A stretch of 60,944 bases of DNA, filler included, from Sphacelaria rigidula (lineage: Eukaryota): the NCBI GenBank assembly GCA_964200075.2. It is 9 parts of 9 records of this genome, joined end to end, with 100 filler letters (N's around TTAATTAATTAA, not from the genome) between each part and the next. Parts side by side here need not be neighbours in the genome. Positions count along the whole stretch, not along the records: positions 20,350 to 27,032 come from CAXNAA020018654.1; positions 27,133 to 33,815 come from CAXNAA020018655.1; positions 33,916 to 40,598 come from CAXNAA020018656.1; 6 more parts are not named here. One strand, given 5' to 3'. Positions within the stretch are counted from its first letter, which is position 1, and each line of letters begins with the position of its first letter. The notes beneath the pieces are model-generated. The model saw nothing but the letters and a program-made list of their open reading frames with translations. It searched no databases and had not been told where the DNA came from. Below, one piece after another: positions 26,331 to 37,154 of the stretch. Made by a program: the position numbers and the translations under genes.

Positions 26331-26710
26331 GATATTAGTGTATACCCCGACTGCCGTATCACGGCTCTTTCGGACTAAAGGAAGCAAATGGCCACCTATA
26401 GCACAGACTAGTAGTGTAGACGTTTCGCTGTGGACCGCATCGTGAGGATGACGATCGTGCTGGGATGAAACGAAGACATTCATGGATGGGAGGGGGGGTA
26501 TGGGATACTTGCCACGGGAGCATCTGGGGATAATATTCAAGTACACCCCATTCACAGGGTGCGCGCTTGCCATCGACTGTCGACGGGCTTGTGCTCCTCC
26601 ATAGTGGACCGTTCTTTCCGGTCACGAAAACGTTTCGTGACAATTAAAAGCTGTGACTTCCAAACTACATACGAGCTGGGCCAGCCGAGAAGCGATTCTG
26701 CAGTTTGCAG

Positions 26711-26981
26711 GCCGATTATACAGCCAACACTTGGAGTTGGACCCTGAAATTTGGTGTGGACAATGAGTAGGGCATAATAGAAAAAAATACTGGCGTACAC
26801 AAGGGATTTGTTTTTTTCATGAGTTAGAGGCATTTTACCGATATCTGAAAACTGATTATTGCCCTTAACTCATGTATAAAAACAAAAACCCTTGTGTACG
26901 CCAGAATGTTTTTATTATGCCCTACTCATTGCCCATACCAAATTTCAGGGTCCAACTCCAAATATTGGCCGTATAATCGGC
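26711..26981. mobile_element. Foldback/MITE palindrome with ~120-bp arms
   Basis: GCCGATTATAC.GCCAA.A.TTGGAGTTGGACCCTGAAATTTGGT.TGG.CAATGAGTAGGGCATAATA...CTGGCGTACACAAGGG present in inverted orientation at both ends. Confidence 0.9.
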
Positions 26982-27180
26982 TGTTTAGTGACATGGTTAG
27001 AATAAATTCTGAACAGTATTTTGCAGGCCATTNNNNNNNNNNNNNNNNNNNNNNNNNNNNNNNNNNNNNNNNNNNNTTAATTAATTAANNNNNNNNNNNN
27101 NNNNNNNNNNNNNNNNNNNNNNNNNNNNNNNNTGTTTGTTTAGTAATAGCAGTGACGGTCTTGGTTAGTCGAGCCTACGT

Positions 27181-27245
27181 CTGTGACCACGGGTTCGCGA
27201 GATCGGACTAATGTGCGGAAATAATAATAGAAATGATGATAATAA
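27181..27245 (+). mobile_element. Retroposon 3' end with short ATA tail
   Basis: CTGTGACCACGGGTTCGCGAGATCGGACTAATGTGCGGAAATAATAATAG. Confidence 0.65.
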
Positions 27246-27668
27246 CTACATTGTTGTATCGCCAACTATGTAGGGTAACCTGTTGTGCCGCCCCCGTTGT
27301 GTGAACATGATCCTGTGTGCCACCGTCGTATGACAATTGACCTCGCTCCCTTACAAAGCCGTGACGAAGCACGCCGAGTTTTCGCGGGCCCGCGCTCAAG
27401 AGGGGGGGGTAGAGACTCTCCAAAGGTGTGTGCCGCTTCGAGAGTCGCAACCTTCAGTGTTTTTTGTGTTGAAGCGGAGGCGGAGGAGAGGATTTTGTAC
27501 TGTGTGGACCCCCAGCATCGCGGTTGCCGGTGCAGTATAACGACCGCACGAGTGGGGGAGAGAGAAGCGCTCAGCCGAGTCGATTTCCAAGAGTATTTTG
27601 CATCATAGCATATTACCATTGATCCACATCCCCGTTCCGCACTCCTACTTTGCCTCGATTACCCGCAG

Positions 27669-29574
27669 GTGTCCGCGGTTTTCTCCTCGACCAAAAAACA
27701 GACGTGAAGACGCATCTCCTCGCGCTAAAGCGGTTTCGGCCTCATGGATCTTTTGACAAGCACGGCGGTGACGTGGTCTTCAGGTGGATCATACAAGTGC
27801 TGGCGCAGCATGGCATACGCCATGAGGATATCGCCGGCGCGGTGGCGGATGCCGTGTCCGACGTCCGGAGTGGGGTGGTGTTGGCTTGGTCTTGGGAATG
27901 GTGCTTTGCCCACCTCCTGAACCGCGCGACCATTGACGCGACGGGAATGTCGTCCGCGAAGGATCGATCCAAAAATGTTCAGTGTCGCGAACAACTCGAG
28001 CTGATGAAAGGGATGGTGGAGCACTTCAACAAGTCCGCCGTTGATAAGGTTAGATATCATGAAATTTGGATAACGACCTGAGTGCCCCATGTACCTGTGT
28101 CATCTTCAGCCGCTGGGAAGTCACGTTTATTCGTGCATGACTTGTTGTTGCATTCGTAGTCGACACCTCCGACTACTCCTTTCATCGTTTTTCGTATGCG
28201 AATGGTGATTACAGTAACATCCGCGAATTACAGATCGTTCTTGGTCTGCGATGCGTATGCACAACCTCATCACTAAAGTTGCCTCGACGCTGACCCGTCT
28301 ATTTTTCTTGGAAATCCTTTGCGCGTAACCACTGTTATGAGCAGATTGCCCTGGAGGATATCATCCACGAAATGTCGGGAGAAGAGGGCTCCAAGGTAAA
28401 GCTGTCGCAAGCCGTTGCCCAGCGCTGGATAAGCGTCTGCCAGATGCTGCTGCGTTTCCTGGAGAGATGTGACGCCCTGAGGACATTTTACTTAGCCAAG
28501 GGGAAACACTTCCCCTTGACGGGCAAGAAGGACGAGGTGAGCCGAAGGTCAGTGTGTTGTTGCCTGGTGTATCGGCGGCGCACATACCAACTTGCTGTTG
28601 CAGTGCTTCGCGGACGCTGGCCGCTATAGATTGACAAAGCGTGATCAATGTGGCCCGTGATTCTTGGAAAACCCCCACCCACCGTGGTGGCGAAATTCTC
28701 ATCCTGCCCCTCTCCTTGATTGAGTCATGACAAGATTGTCGTCTTGTTCGAGCGTCACTGAACGCCTGTTTAAACCGCCTAAAAACAATGTTACGTTTAT
28801 AGGTCGAGGAGGTATACAGTATCGTCAATGAGGTGAAGGGGGTAATCGTGTACTCAAAAACCACGTACGAGTCAACCGCGCAGGGTGGGCTTCAATGCCT
28901 GGTCCTGGTCGCCACCACCCCCGTGGACCCGGAAAAACCATTCAAGGTGAGGCATGTGCGGGCAGTCGGGCAGGGTAAAGAGGACGTGGAACCGGAGGAG
29001 GTACGACCCTCCGCCGACTTGACAAGTGTCGCGAAAATCACTTGCGAGGCGTTTGAACGAGGCGTGGCCAGGCGGTTGTATAACCTCGTTATGGGAAAGG
29101 CCTCTCGTCTCACAGCTACAGGTATGACATGGCCATTTCACTCCGGGCGGGCGTGCTCTTAATTGTCTCAAGAAGCTGAAGAACTCGACCGTCGAAACGC
29201 TGGGAGGCTTCACAAAGTCGGTAGAGGATGTGAGGACAGTACTTATTGGCCAGGTGAGGGATCTCGTCGCGGGAGCGATCACTAAGAGCAGGGCCAGGCC
29301 GAAGACGGCTCCCGTCGTGGATATGTTTCTGTCCCGCAAGCGCGGTGGCGTCGACCCCGCCAATCTCGAAATGGCCTTGTATCTGCGGGGCCAGTTCGAC
29401 AACATCCCTGTAGACATCCCACAGCTAACGCATGAGCAAGCATCGAAAGCCTTTACCGACAGAAAAATGCTAGAAGAGGTTGAGGTGTTGAACGTTTCTC
29501 TCGAGCCCGAGAGTGATATGGGGGAGGAGGAAGATGTTTCGTGGGAGAACGAGTACGGAGCGGTTCCGAATTAG
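27669..29574 (+). pseudogene. Spliced hAT-superfamily transposase, decayed (exons 27669-28048, 28345-28536, 28803-29574)
   Basis: WCFAHLLN (CxxH), QRWISVCQMLLRFL (RW.S...ML.R) and RGGVDPANLEMALYLR (dimerisation-domain end); GT-AG introns 28049-28344 and 28537-28802 preserve frame; stop/frameshift at ~29160; catalytic ERxFS segment missing. Confidence 0.82.
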
Positions 29575-30256
29575 CTTGTTGGAATTCGTCTGACCCGAAC
29601 GTGCAGTGCATGGATTCATTATCATTTCGAATGGAAAACTAGGGGTGTCGCGCCCTGGCGGTCCAGTGTCACCATTAGGGTGCAGATAACGAGTGTTGGA
29701 ATTCCGATGCGTTGAGCTTCTCCAAAATAATTGATTTCCACCGTGGAAAGCGTGAGAACATGAGCAAACAGAGTAGTTGACTGAGTTTGTTTGACGAGAG
29801 TTGACGCGGGGCGGAAGTGCTGACCCAATACGCAGAATCAACATGCAAGGTGTGTGACGGGGGGAAGTGGGTTGATCCCTCGAGACCGGACTGGTCACGC
29901 AGAAGGGGCGAGGTTCGAACTGTGACAATACGTAAACTTGGGGTACAACACAACGTGACATATACTGTAAAAAGTGATGGTGTGCTGATAACGTGATAGT
30001 TGTTCAGAAACAGGTCGTAATGAAGAATGCTCCTGCGGCAAGTGTCTTTGATGGTCTAACACACACTGGATATCGATGAAGTCCCGTAGCACTAGACGGC
30101 TTGTCGTCCCTGGGAACGGCGATGGACAACAAATATATCATGTTGGTGCTTTGCCGATGCCATCAGTCGCCACAACTTGAAATCATTCCCGGTCCGCATG
30201 GGTCATCATGGAAATTGGCTACCGTGTCCGATGTTCTCGCATGTTGTCATCTACAG

Positions 30257-30720
30257 CAGTGTACATTGACGGAACCTCTTGAAATCTATTGACATGAACC
30301 ATGCATATTGATGGAAAAGTCCAAAATCTATCGCTACCGGCCATGTCTATCGGTGGACAATGCCAAAACCTATTGCCGTTGGCCATGTATATCGATGGGA
30401 TGTTTCGAAAATTCATTGCCACTGACCACTTATATTGATGGAATTTTGCGGAATGTATGGTGAAGGACCATGCGTATTGACATCAATTTTTCATTGTCTA
30501 TTTCCATGAATGATGTGTATCGATGTCATGAACCAATATTTATCGTTACCGACAAGTGTAAATCGGTGTAATATTTCACGCAACATTGCCAGTAAAGATG
30601 TATATCGATGAGAACATTACCCAGTACATTGTCACCAGCAATGGATATGGCCAAAGATATGTTGGAGTCATTGTTCTCCGTAATGGATATCGATATGATC
30701 ACCACCGTAGCTATTTGTGC
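30257..30720 (+). repeat. Degenerate tandem array of 11 units, 42-43 bp, two conserved boxes per unit
   Basis: Box 1 AT(C/T)G core at 30265, 30307, 30349, 30391, 30434, 30476, 30519, 30562, 30604, 30647, 30689; box 2 at +23 or +24 in each unit. Confidence 0.88.
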
Positions 30721-30929
30721 AGCAATAGATCATTACCATGTCTATTGTCCAGGGTGTGTGCATTTCCCGCGCACGATGCTGACCGTGGCCCTGGAATTCT
30801 CCTCCCGCTAACCCTTGTCCTCCAATCTCGTCCCCATATGGAGTCCACCCGATCCTCAAGACCCCACGTGCCCCCCCCACCCGCCCCCCTCCCGCCTGCG
30901 ATACATGACACGCATATTCCGAAAAACAG

Positions 30930-31630
30930 GAGGCCATAAAAAACGAGATGGCGACATCACATAGACTTCTCGCAGCGAAAGGTTCTGTACCTTGGAGCCT
31001 CCCGTGTCACTGGCTCATGCGCAAAAACGTACATCCGTCTGGAGGAGCACGAGAGGCGGTGGCAGGGGCTATTGGGGGTGCTAGTGTAGATGAGAGGTCC
31101 GGGGGTGGACTGGAGTCGTCTCTCAGTGAGACGGCGGGGAAAGTTGGTGTTGATGAGTCCCTTCTAGGTGATGGGGGCGACGGGGGTGGCGGTCACGGGG
31201 GGCACGCCGACGGGGACGGCAGCGCTGACATCTTGCATGTCCCCTCCTTTACCAAGGGAGACTTCGTGTTCTTCCTCGGCGACAAAGCCCCATTTCTTGT
31301 AGGAAAGGTGACTGGCAAGCAGTTGGGAGTCGATGGCGAAGCTCAAGTCGACGTGCGCTGGTGGTTGCCTGCCACATCCGCAATTCGAGAGAGCACGCCT
31401 CCGACTACAGCATCGGAGAGTACGGAAGGGGGAAAATCACGGCAGACTACAAGACCGGGAAAGACGATAAAGGCGGCCCTACAAGTGGCAAGGGCAAGAA
31501 GCGTAGGTTGGTGCCGGATGTGGAGTGGATGCAGGCAGAGTTGGTAGTTGCCTCGTGCGGGAAGCTCAACTCTGGTGACAAGATTCCCAACGGAGTATTG
31601 GATGCCATAGATAAGAGGGCGAAGGGTTGA
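30930..31630 (+). pseudogene. Terminal exon of an unknown, probably TE-borne protein with an SH3/Tudor/PWWP-like C-terminal domain; one frameshift
   Basis: AACAG|GAG acceptor; KGDFVFFLGDKAPFLVGKVTG..VDVRWWLP joined over a 2-nt (GA)n slip at ~31387-31393 to HASDYSIGEYG...KLNSGDKIPNGVLDAIDKRAKG*. Confidence 0.55.
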
Positions 31631-31934
31631 TGGTCAGTGCTCCCGACCTTCCGCAGTAAAGACAGGGACGCCAGCGGCTTCGACAAAGCTTGCCATCGGA
31701 GAGTGTGAGCGTTACAATACAATTGAAACTTTGTAGTCTAATGCATGGCGTGTTGTATTTGGGAAGCCAGGAGGTGCCATGTTTGACCGCTGCTGGATCC
31801 CGGAGGGATCGCTAAAAATGCGAAAGCCGACAAGTAAAAACTCGCGTGCCCGTACGGGAGAGGGGAGCATGACATTTTTGTGCGCGGTGCGTCTTTTTGT
31901 GCGAAGAGGGCTGTTCATGAGCTAGATCATGATA

Positions 31935-32837
31935 TTAAAAGATTGTCGAATTGGAGTGGACAATGCCGATGTGCGGCGAAGAGTGACGAGCGTGCTGATG
32001 CCATCGGCATGGTCTCTGCCATCGCTGCCGAGTGTTCGCCAACGGTGCATCATACATGTTCGAACCGGGTTGAAGGGCTCGACGGATGCTCGCGGTACTG
32101 TCTGCGTTTGATAAATAAATGTTGTGTCCCTTGTGCAAACACGCTTGAAACGAGAAAATCCATGCTATCCCCGACATGTTGGTGACCAACGATTTGGTAT
32201 CCCCCCAAGATGTCACTGCGGCAACAGTCCATCCTTCCTTCAACACGCCACTGGAGAGCAAACCAGCGCCGGAGATCGTCATTCTCACACTGGCCTCGAG
32301 GCACGTAACAGCGAGAAGATCGTCACCCACCTGTTTCATATGGGACAAACTATTGTTGGATCGCTGTTTTTTCCCCAGCCCATGGTGGCATTTCACGCCG
32401 CCGCCGGCCGCAGACAAACAAGAACAGTCGAAAGATGGTAAGTTCAGCCACCGACACTTGATTTCCCTCCACGAAAATGATCGAGGGCACGCGCGGATGG
32501 TACTTCCCCCGGGTTTTGGCGCACACAGGCGATCCTCCTCAAACCTCATTTCATTGATCAACCTCATTTTATAGAACCCCTTGTTAGTAAATGGAACGTT
32601 GAACCACCTTGGCATCCATGTCGGTACAGGGATAACGGCCGAAACTAGGGACTCTGAGTTGCCGTGCGGCATGTTCTTGCATTGTTCATACTCACAAACT
32701 TCGGTTCCTGCGGAGGTATTCTTAATCAAATAGGATGCACAACACCGGGAGGCCGCGTGTTGTAAGGTATACACGGTGCAAGGAGTACAGCCGACTATGC
32801 CGAGGTCCCGGAAGGCGCTACCAATGTTGACAATGTT
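31935..32837 (-). pseudogene. Cys-rich ORF with SWIM-like CxC-x8-CxH motif, probably decayed TE protein
   Basis: ~300 open codons including FDCSCLSAAGGGVKCHHGL; a single stop separates it from the in-frame ORF 32838-33302. Confidence 0.3.
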
Positions 32838-33915
32838 TTAATATGCATGCGAGGGAGAACACGCTGTAGGTTGAAAAACGAAAGCGGAAACACACGATCC
32901 GCTGCGCACTACCGCACGAATGGTACGCGACAACTGCGTTTGTGCGTAACGGTGCGTATGACCGCGCATCGATTTGGCACCTCTGGATATTTCAAGAGAT
33001 TTCCGCCCTCCCAATCGCCGTATCGATAGCGCTGCACATATCGCTTGGATGAAAACCGCCCTGGGTGATGTAATGAAGGGAAAGGACAAAATGTATTGCA
33101 GTTGTCTTCCACTATCTTGTTGTACCCATGTTGCGAAACATATTCTGGCAAGCCGACGTCGGGAAATAAAGCTTTTCTGATGCAGTGCGACGCGATCAAG
33201 CACGAAACAAGTAACGTGAATGCCGGCCCCGTAGGCACGGGGAGACAACACGTCCATCCCCCCGCCAATTCCTTTCATTTTCATGGATTGAAAATGCGTC
33301 ATCTAATATTTCATAAAGTGAACAAGTACGCCAAGGATCCTTGTTGTGTGAGGGGGTGGGAGGGCATCCGATTGTACAGCATACCTGATCAGATTCGGAC
33401 GTGTTCTTCTTTCAATCTGGAATCGAGTCGTCGGTGATCTTTGTCTACGATCCGCAAATTGAACATCCCGCGACCGGCTAGTGTTCGGTGTGGTGACGTC
33501 AGATGATGCCGTTCAGGGAGGCCTGTTTCCCAGATGGTCGGAAAAAATGGCTGACACGAATAGTGAGGCGCTGATAACAGGCTTGGGCATAATTGTTCAA
33601 CCATATGATTATGAAACTAATGGTTGACCGTCTTTTCGGATCTTGTGATCGATTGCTGTTGGCAAGAGGCTGATCATTGTGCAGGTACGACCACACCACT
33701 ATGGGGACTTGACTGAGTTGGTTCAGAACCAAAGCAAAGATGAACTAACAGCCGATTTTCGAAAAATGAGGTTGAAAACAAAATGAGGTTCAACTCAAAA
33801 GCCGTGCTTTCCCTGNNNNNNNNNNNNNNNNNNNNNNNNNNNNNNNNNNNNNNNNNNNNTTAATTAATTAANNNNNNNNNNNNNNNNNNNNNNNNNNNNN
33901 NNNNNNNNNNNNNNN

Positions 33916-33983
33916 CACTCTGTGATCACGGGTTCGAGAGATCGAGCTAATGTGATGGATATAATGATAATCATAATAATAAC
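33916..33983 (+). mobile_element. Retroposon 3' end with ATA/ATG tail
   Basis: CACTCTGTGATCACGGGTTCGAGAGATCGAGCTAATGTGATGGATATAATGATAATCATAATAAT. Confidence 0.7.
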
Positions 33984-36171
33984 TACCGACTGTACTCTGG
34001 GTTGGGTGTGCCGGTTGCGGTTGAAAGTGTGATCCAAGTCATCACGGTCGGGGCGGCGGTCATGCCGCACCGAGTAGCTGCACGTGCTTTTGCCACTATC
34101 TGAGGGTGCACACGAGTGCACATATAATCTCGCAAATGATTATAATTTTCCCCATAACTTTTCCGAAGCAGCAGTGTCCCACAAGTGAAAGATCGGAGCG
34201 TAGCGGGATCTGCTGTTTGTGGAACGGGTACGAATGTCAACAATCTAGGCTAATGTGAGGGGAATTGTGGAACGGTTGATGCAAGCAAACATGTCAGTCA
34301 CGGAAATTGAGATTCAAGCTTGGGGCAACGGGGGAAGATGGTGCGGCAGCTTAGTTTGAAGTATTTCTGTCGGGTTTAAGTTGGGGTATGTTTGGATCAC
34401 ATTGGGTATTCACGATCGGGGTAAATAATACGTTAATACCGTAGTCGGACCGGGAGGGACAGGCTTCGGGCATCGCGTATGGCACGATTTCAGAGGAAAT
34501 GAGAAGGGGCGTGTAGCAGGGATTGGGATAGCAGAGATGCAACATGCACAAAAATGTGCATGTTACGGTCTGGCTTGGTTCTGCATTGCATCACATCTGA
34601 TATATTCTTATAAATAACAAATATTCCACATTCATGAGGGGAGCAAAAAGTTGTAAGCGCAGCCCAATTTTACGAGGTCCAAGATCTGAGTCGACATTTC
34701 ACGAGGATCTTCTACGCGAAAGCGAAAAGCTCCTAACCGAAGTAGCGGTTGTTCTTCCTTGGCTCATTTGCTGAAGCAAGAGCATCAGCTAAATTTTGGT
34801 GAAATTTCAAATCGCTCCTGCTTCTTTTTGTTTTTGGTTGCTCCAGAAATATTCCGCATGTTGACAACACACATCTCGTGCCAAAATTTCACCGCCTACA
34901 TCCTCAAATTATGCGCAGTACCGACAGTCGCCAGCAGGAACTCTACGTTGGCCCAGCTCGTACACAACCGTATCGTACAACAGTAACGGTGCATACGATA
35001 CATCTGTAGAAAACAGGGCGGCGTTACCGGTTATCGGCTCCACTTCACACTCCACGATGTTTTCACCATTTGTTTCACCGCAAGCACCAAAAGATGCTTT
35101 GACGAGACGAAAAGACGAAAATTCCTCCCGGAAAGAGATTCAATCTACTGTACTTACTGCTGGTTGTACAGCGAACGAAAGGGGCAGAAACGAACATGTT
35201 GAGCGAACGAACTCGGCTTCAGCCAGGTTTTATTCGACATTTTGATGTCACCCTATCCGTCCGATGAAACAGAACAAAACCATTTGTTCAACATCTCGAT
35301 TCCGTGAACCCAATCGTGTTTAGTGGCGAGTCATATCCTCACGTACGCGGACTGTCAACTCTTCCAGTACGACCACGCGACGGTGTAGCACAGTGTACCC
35401 GATAGCATGAACGCAACGAGTTTCAACAGCTCGGGGGGATGGGGTAAATGTATGGAATCACGCCGGAAAAGCTATACATGCAGGGGCGGCCTAAACAAAA
35501 CGAGCAGAAGAAGTGAAATGCCGGCCATGTACCCACCTATCGCAACTAGCTGCTGGGAACATTGACGTATGTCTTGCGAAAACTGCGGTTCGTCTGCCGT
35601 CTCGACACAGAGAGAACACAATCACCCGTCTCGACTACGGCGGTCTCCTTCCAATCCTACAACCCCAATTTCATTTGGCTTCACAGAGGGTTGGGAGGTG
35701 CGGTGGTGCACGAGCCGCGTCACAGATGGCAGATTTGCAGATTAGAGAACAAAAGAAGGTTCCGCATAAGTGGTTGCGGACATCTCGGATCGGTTGGATG
35801 CAGCGGGTAGGTCTCATACAGGTGACCAGCACGGATGGCTGTATGGACGTGTGCGACCTGCTGTGCGCGCTGGGAAAATGAGAACATAAACCATCACCAA
35901 CATCTCGTGACTGTATCATCATATATTTTGGACACGTTCATATGCTCAGCCTCGGCTCAGCCTTCTTCCGACAACGGTAATCTTCATGGCGTGGACTACG
36001 ACATAATACAAAAGTCAAGAGATGTCAGTACCGCACACCAGCGGTCTGAATGGCGACGACACCATCCATATGGTACAGCTACTGACTGCAGCTAATAGCC
36101 TGTAAAGTAAGCACAGTTCATCTCCAATTCGTCGGACCGTTGCTCGCTGCAGACAGTACAGCACCGCTCAC

Positions 36172-37154
36172 CTTCCGTCATCGCAAGCCCCGTCTTCACA
36201 TGAGTTTAAATTCACATCAAATGACCCCGCACCATTCCCATCCCCGTCATCATAATCCCATCGCGCCGTGAACGCATCTCCTGGCTCGAAACCAGCAACA
36301 GGCGCATCAACCTCCGCGGAAGTAATATACGCGCTCCCAGGAGCAATCGCCGGATCGGTGACATTAAAAGCTGTAGAACAGGCAAACACATCTTCACTCA
36401 AAGTTGCAGAGGAGACCGTGGTACCTGTTGGTCCCACGTATGTCACACGTAACGTGTACTCCCCCGCAGATGTCGTCGAGGGCATTGTGACGTCCACGCT
36501 GCCATCCGAGTCCATGCAAACGCCCGTGCCCGCTGTGTCCGCGTCATCGCACAAGTTGTGGAGTGTGGAGCTGCCGCAACCCCCGCTTCCGCAGTCCACC
36601 CCGCCCTGCCCACAAGTTCTTACGTGAATTTGAAACGGGTAAAGGTCGCCCGTGGTGCCCTCCGAGCGCGTGGGATCGTCTGTAGAGTAAGTCCACTCGA
36701 CCGTGAAAGTGTCGCCCGCGGTGATATTATCGCCTGGGGAAGCCACGGATATACTGTCCGATGCTGAAACGGTTGATACCATCAGTAGCTCCAAGAACAC
36801 CAGCAGCGCCGATAACAACAAGAACGACGACACGACAACGGCAGGGCGCCTGCGCGATGGCGCCGATCTGCCACTACTACTTGTGCTGTGCTCGTCATAG
36901 GAACACCGTTTTCGTCTCGAGGTGTTTCTTCTGATGGATTCCATCATCGCTGTTGATGGCTGTGGCGCCTGTACGCGAGAAGATTGGGGTCTTGGTCTTC
37001 TGCGAACTTCGGCCTTCGAATTGGCAGCACCCATTGCAAGCATTAAGCCGTGTAGGCAGTGACGGCTCGGTGGTGCTCGTTGGTTGCGCATCGCTACGGC
37101 TTTTGTGCCGTTCCCACTTGTTTCTTCAGCATGATGGATCTTGATGTAGGACAT
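36172..37154 (-). CDS. 5' exon of a secreted/surface protein with repeated Cys-rich Kre9/KNH1-like Ig-fold domains (start may be the ATG at 36947)
   Basis: Hydrophobic FLLLSALLVFLELLMVSTVSA then ISVASPGDNITAGDTFTVEWTY...VTMPSTTSAGEYTLRV; second repeat FEPGDAFTARWDY; donor AG|GTGAGC at 36171. Confidence 0.8.

Noticed and set aside
30257..30720. CRISPR array
   Set aside because: No identical 23-50-nt repeat, no cas genes, eukaryotic context; kept as a degenerate phased array
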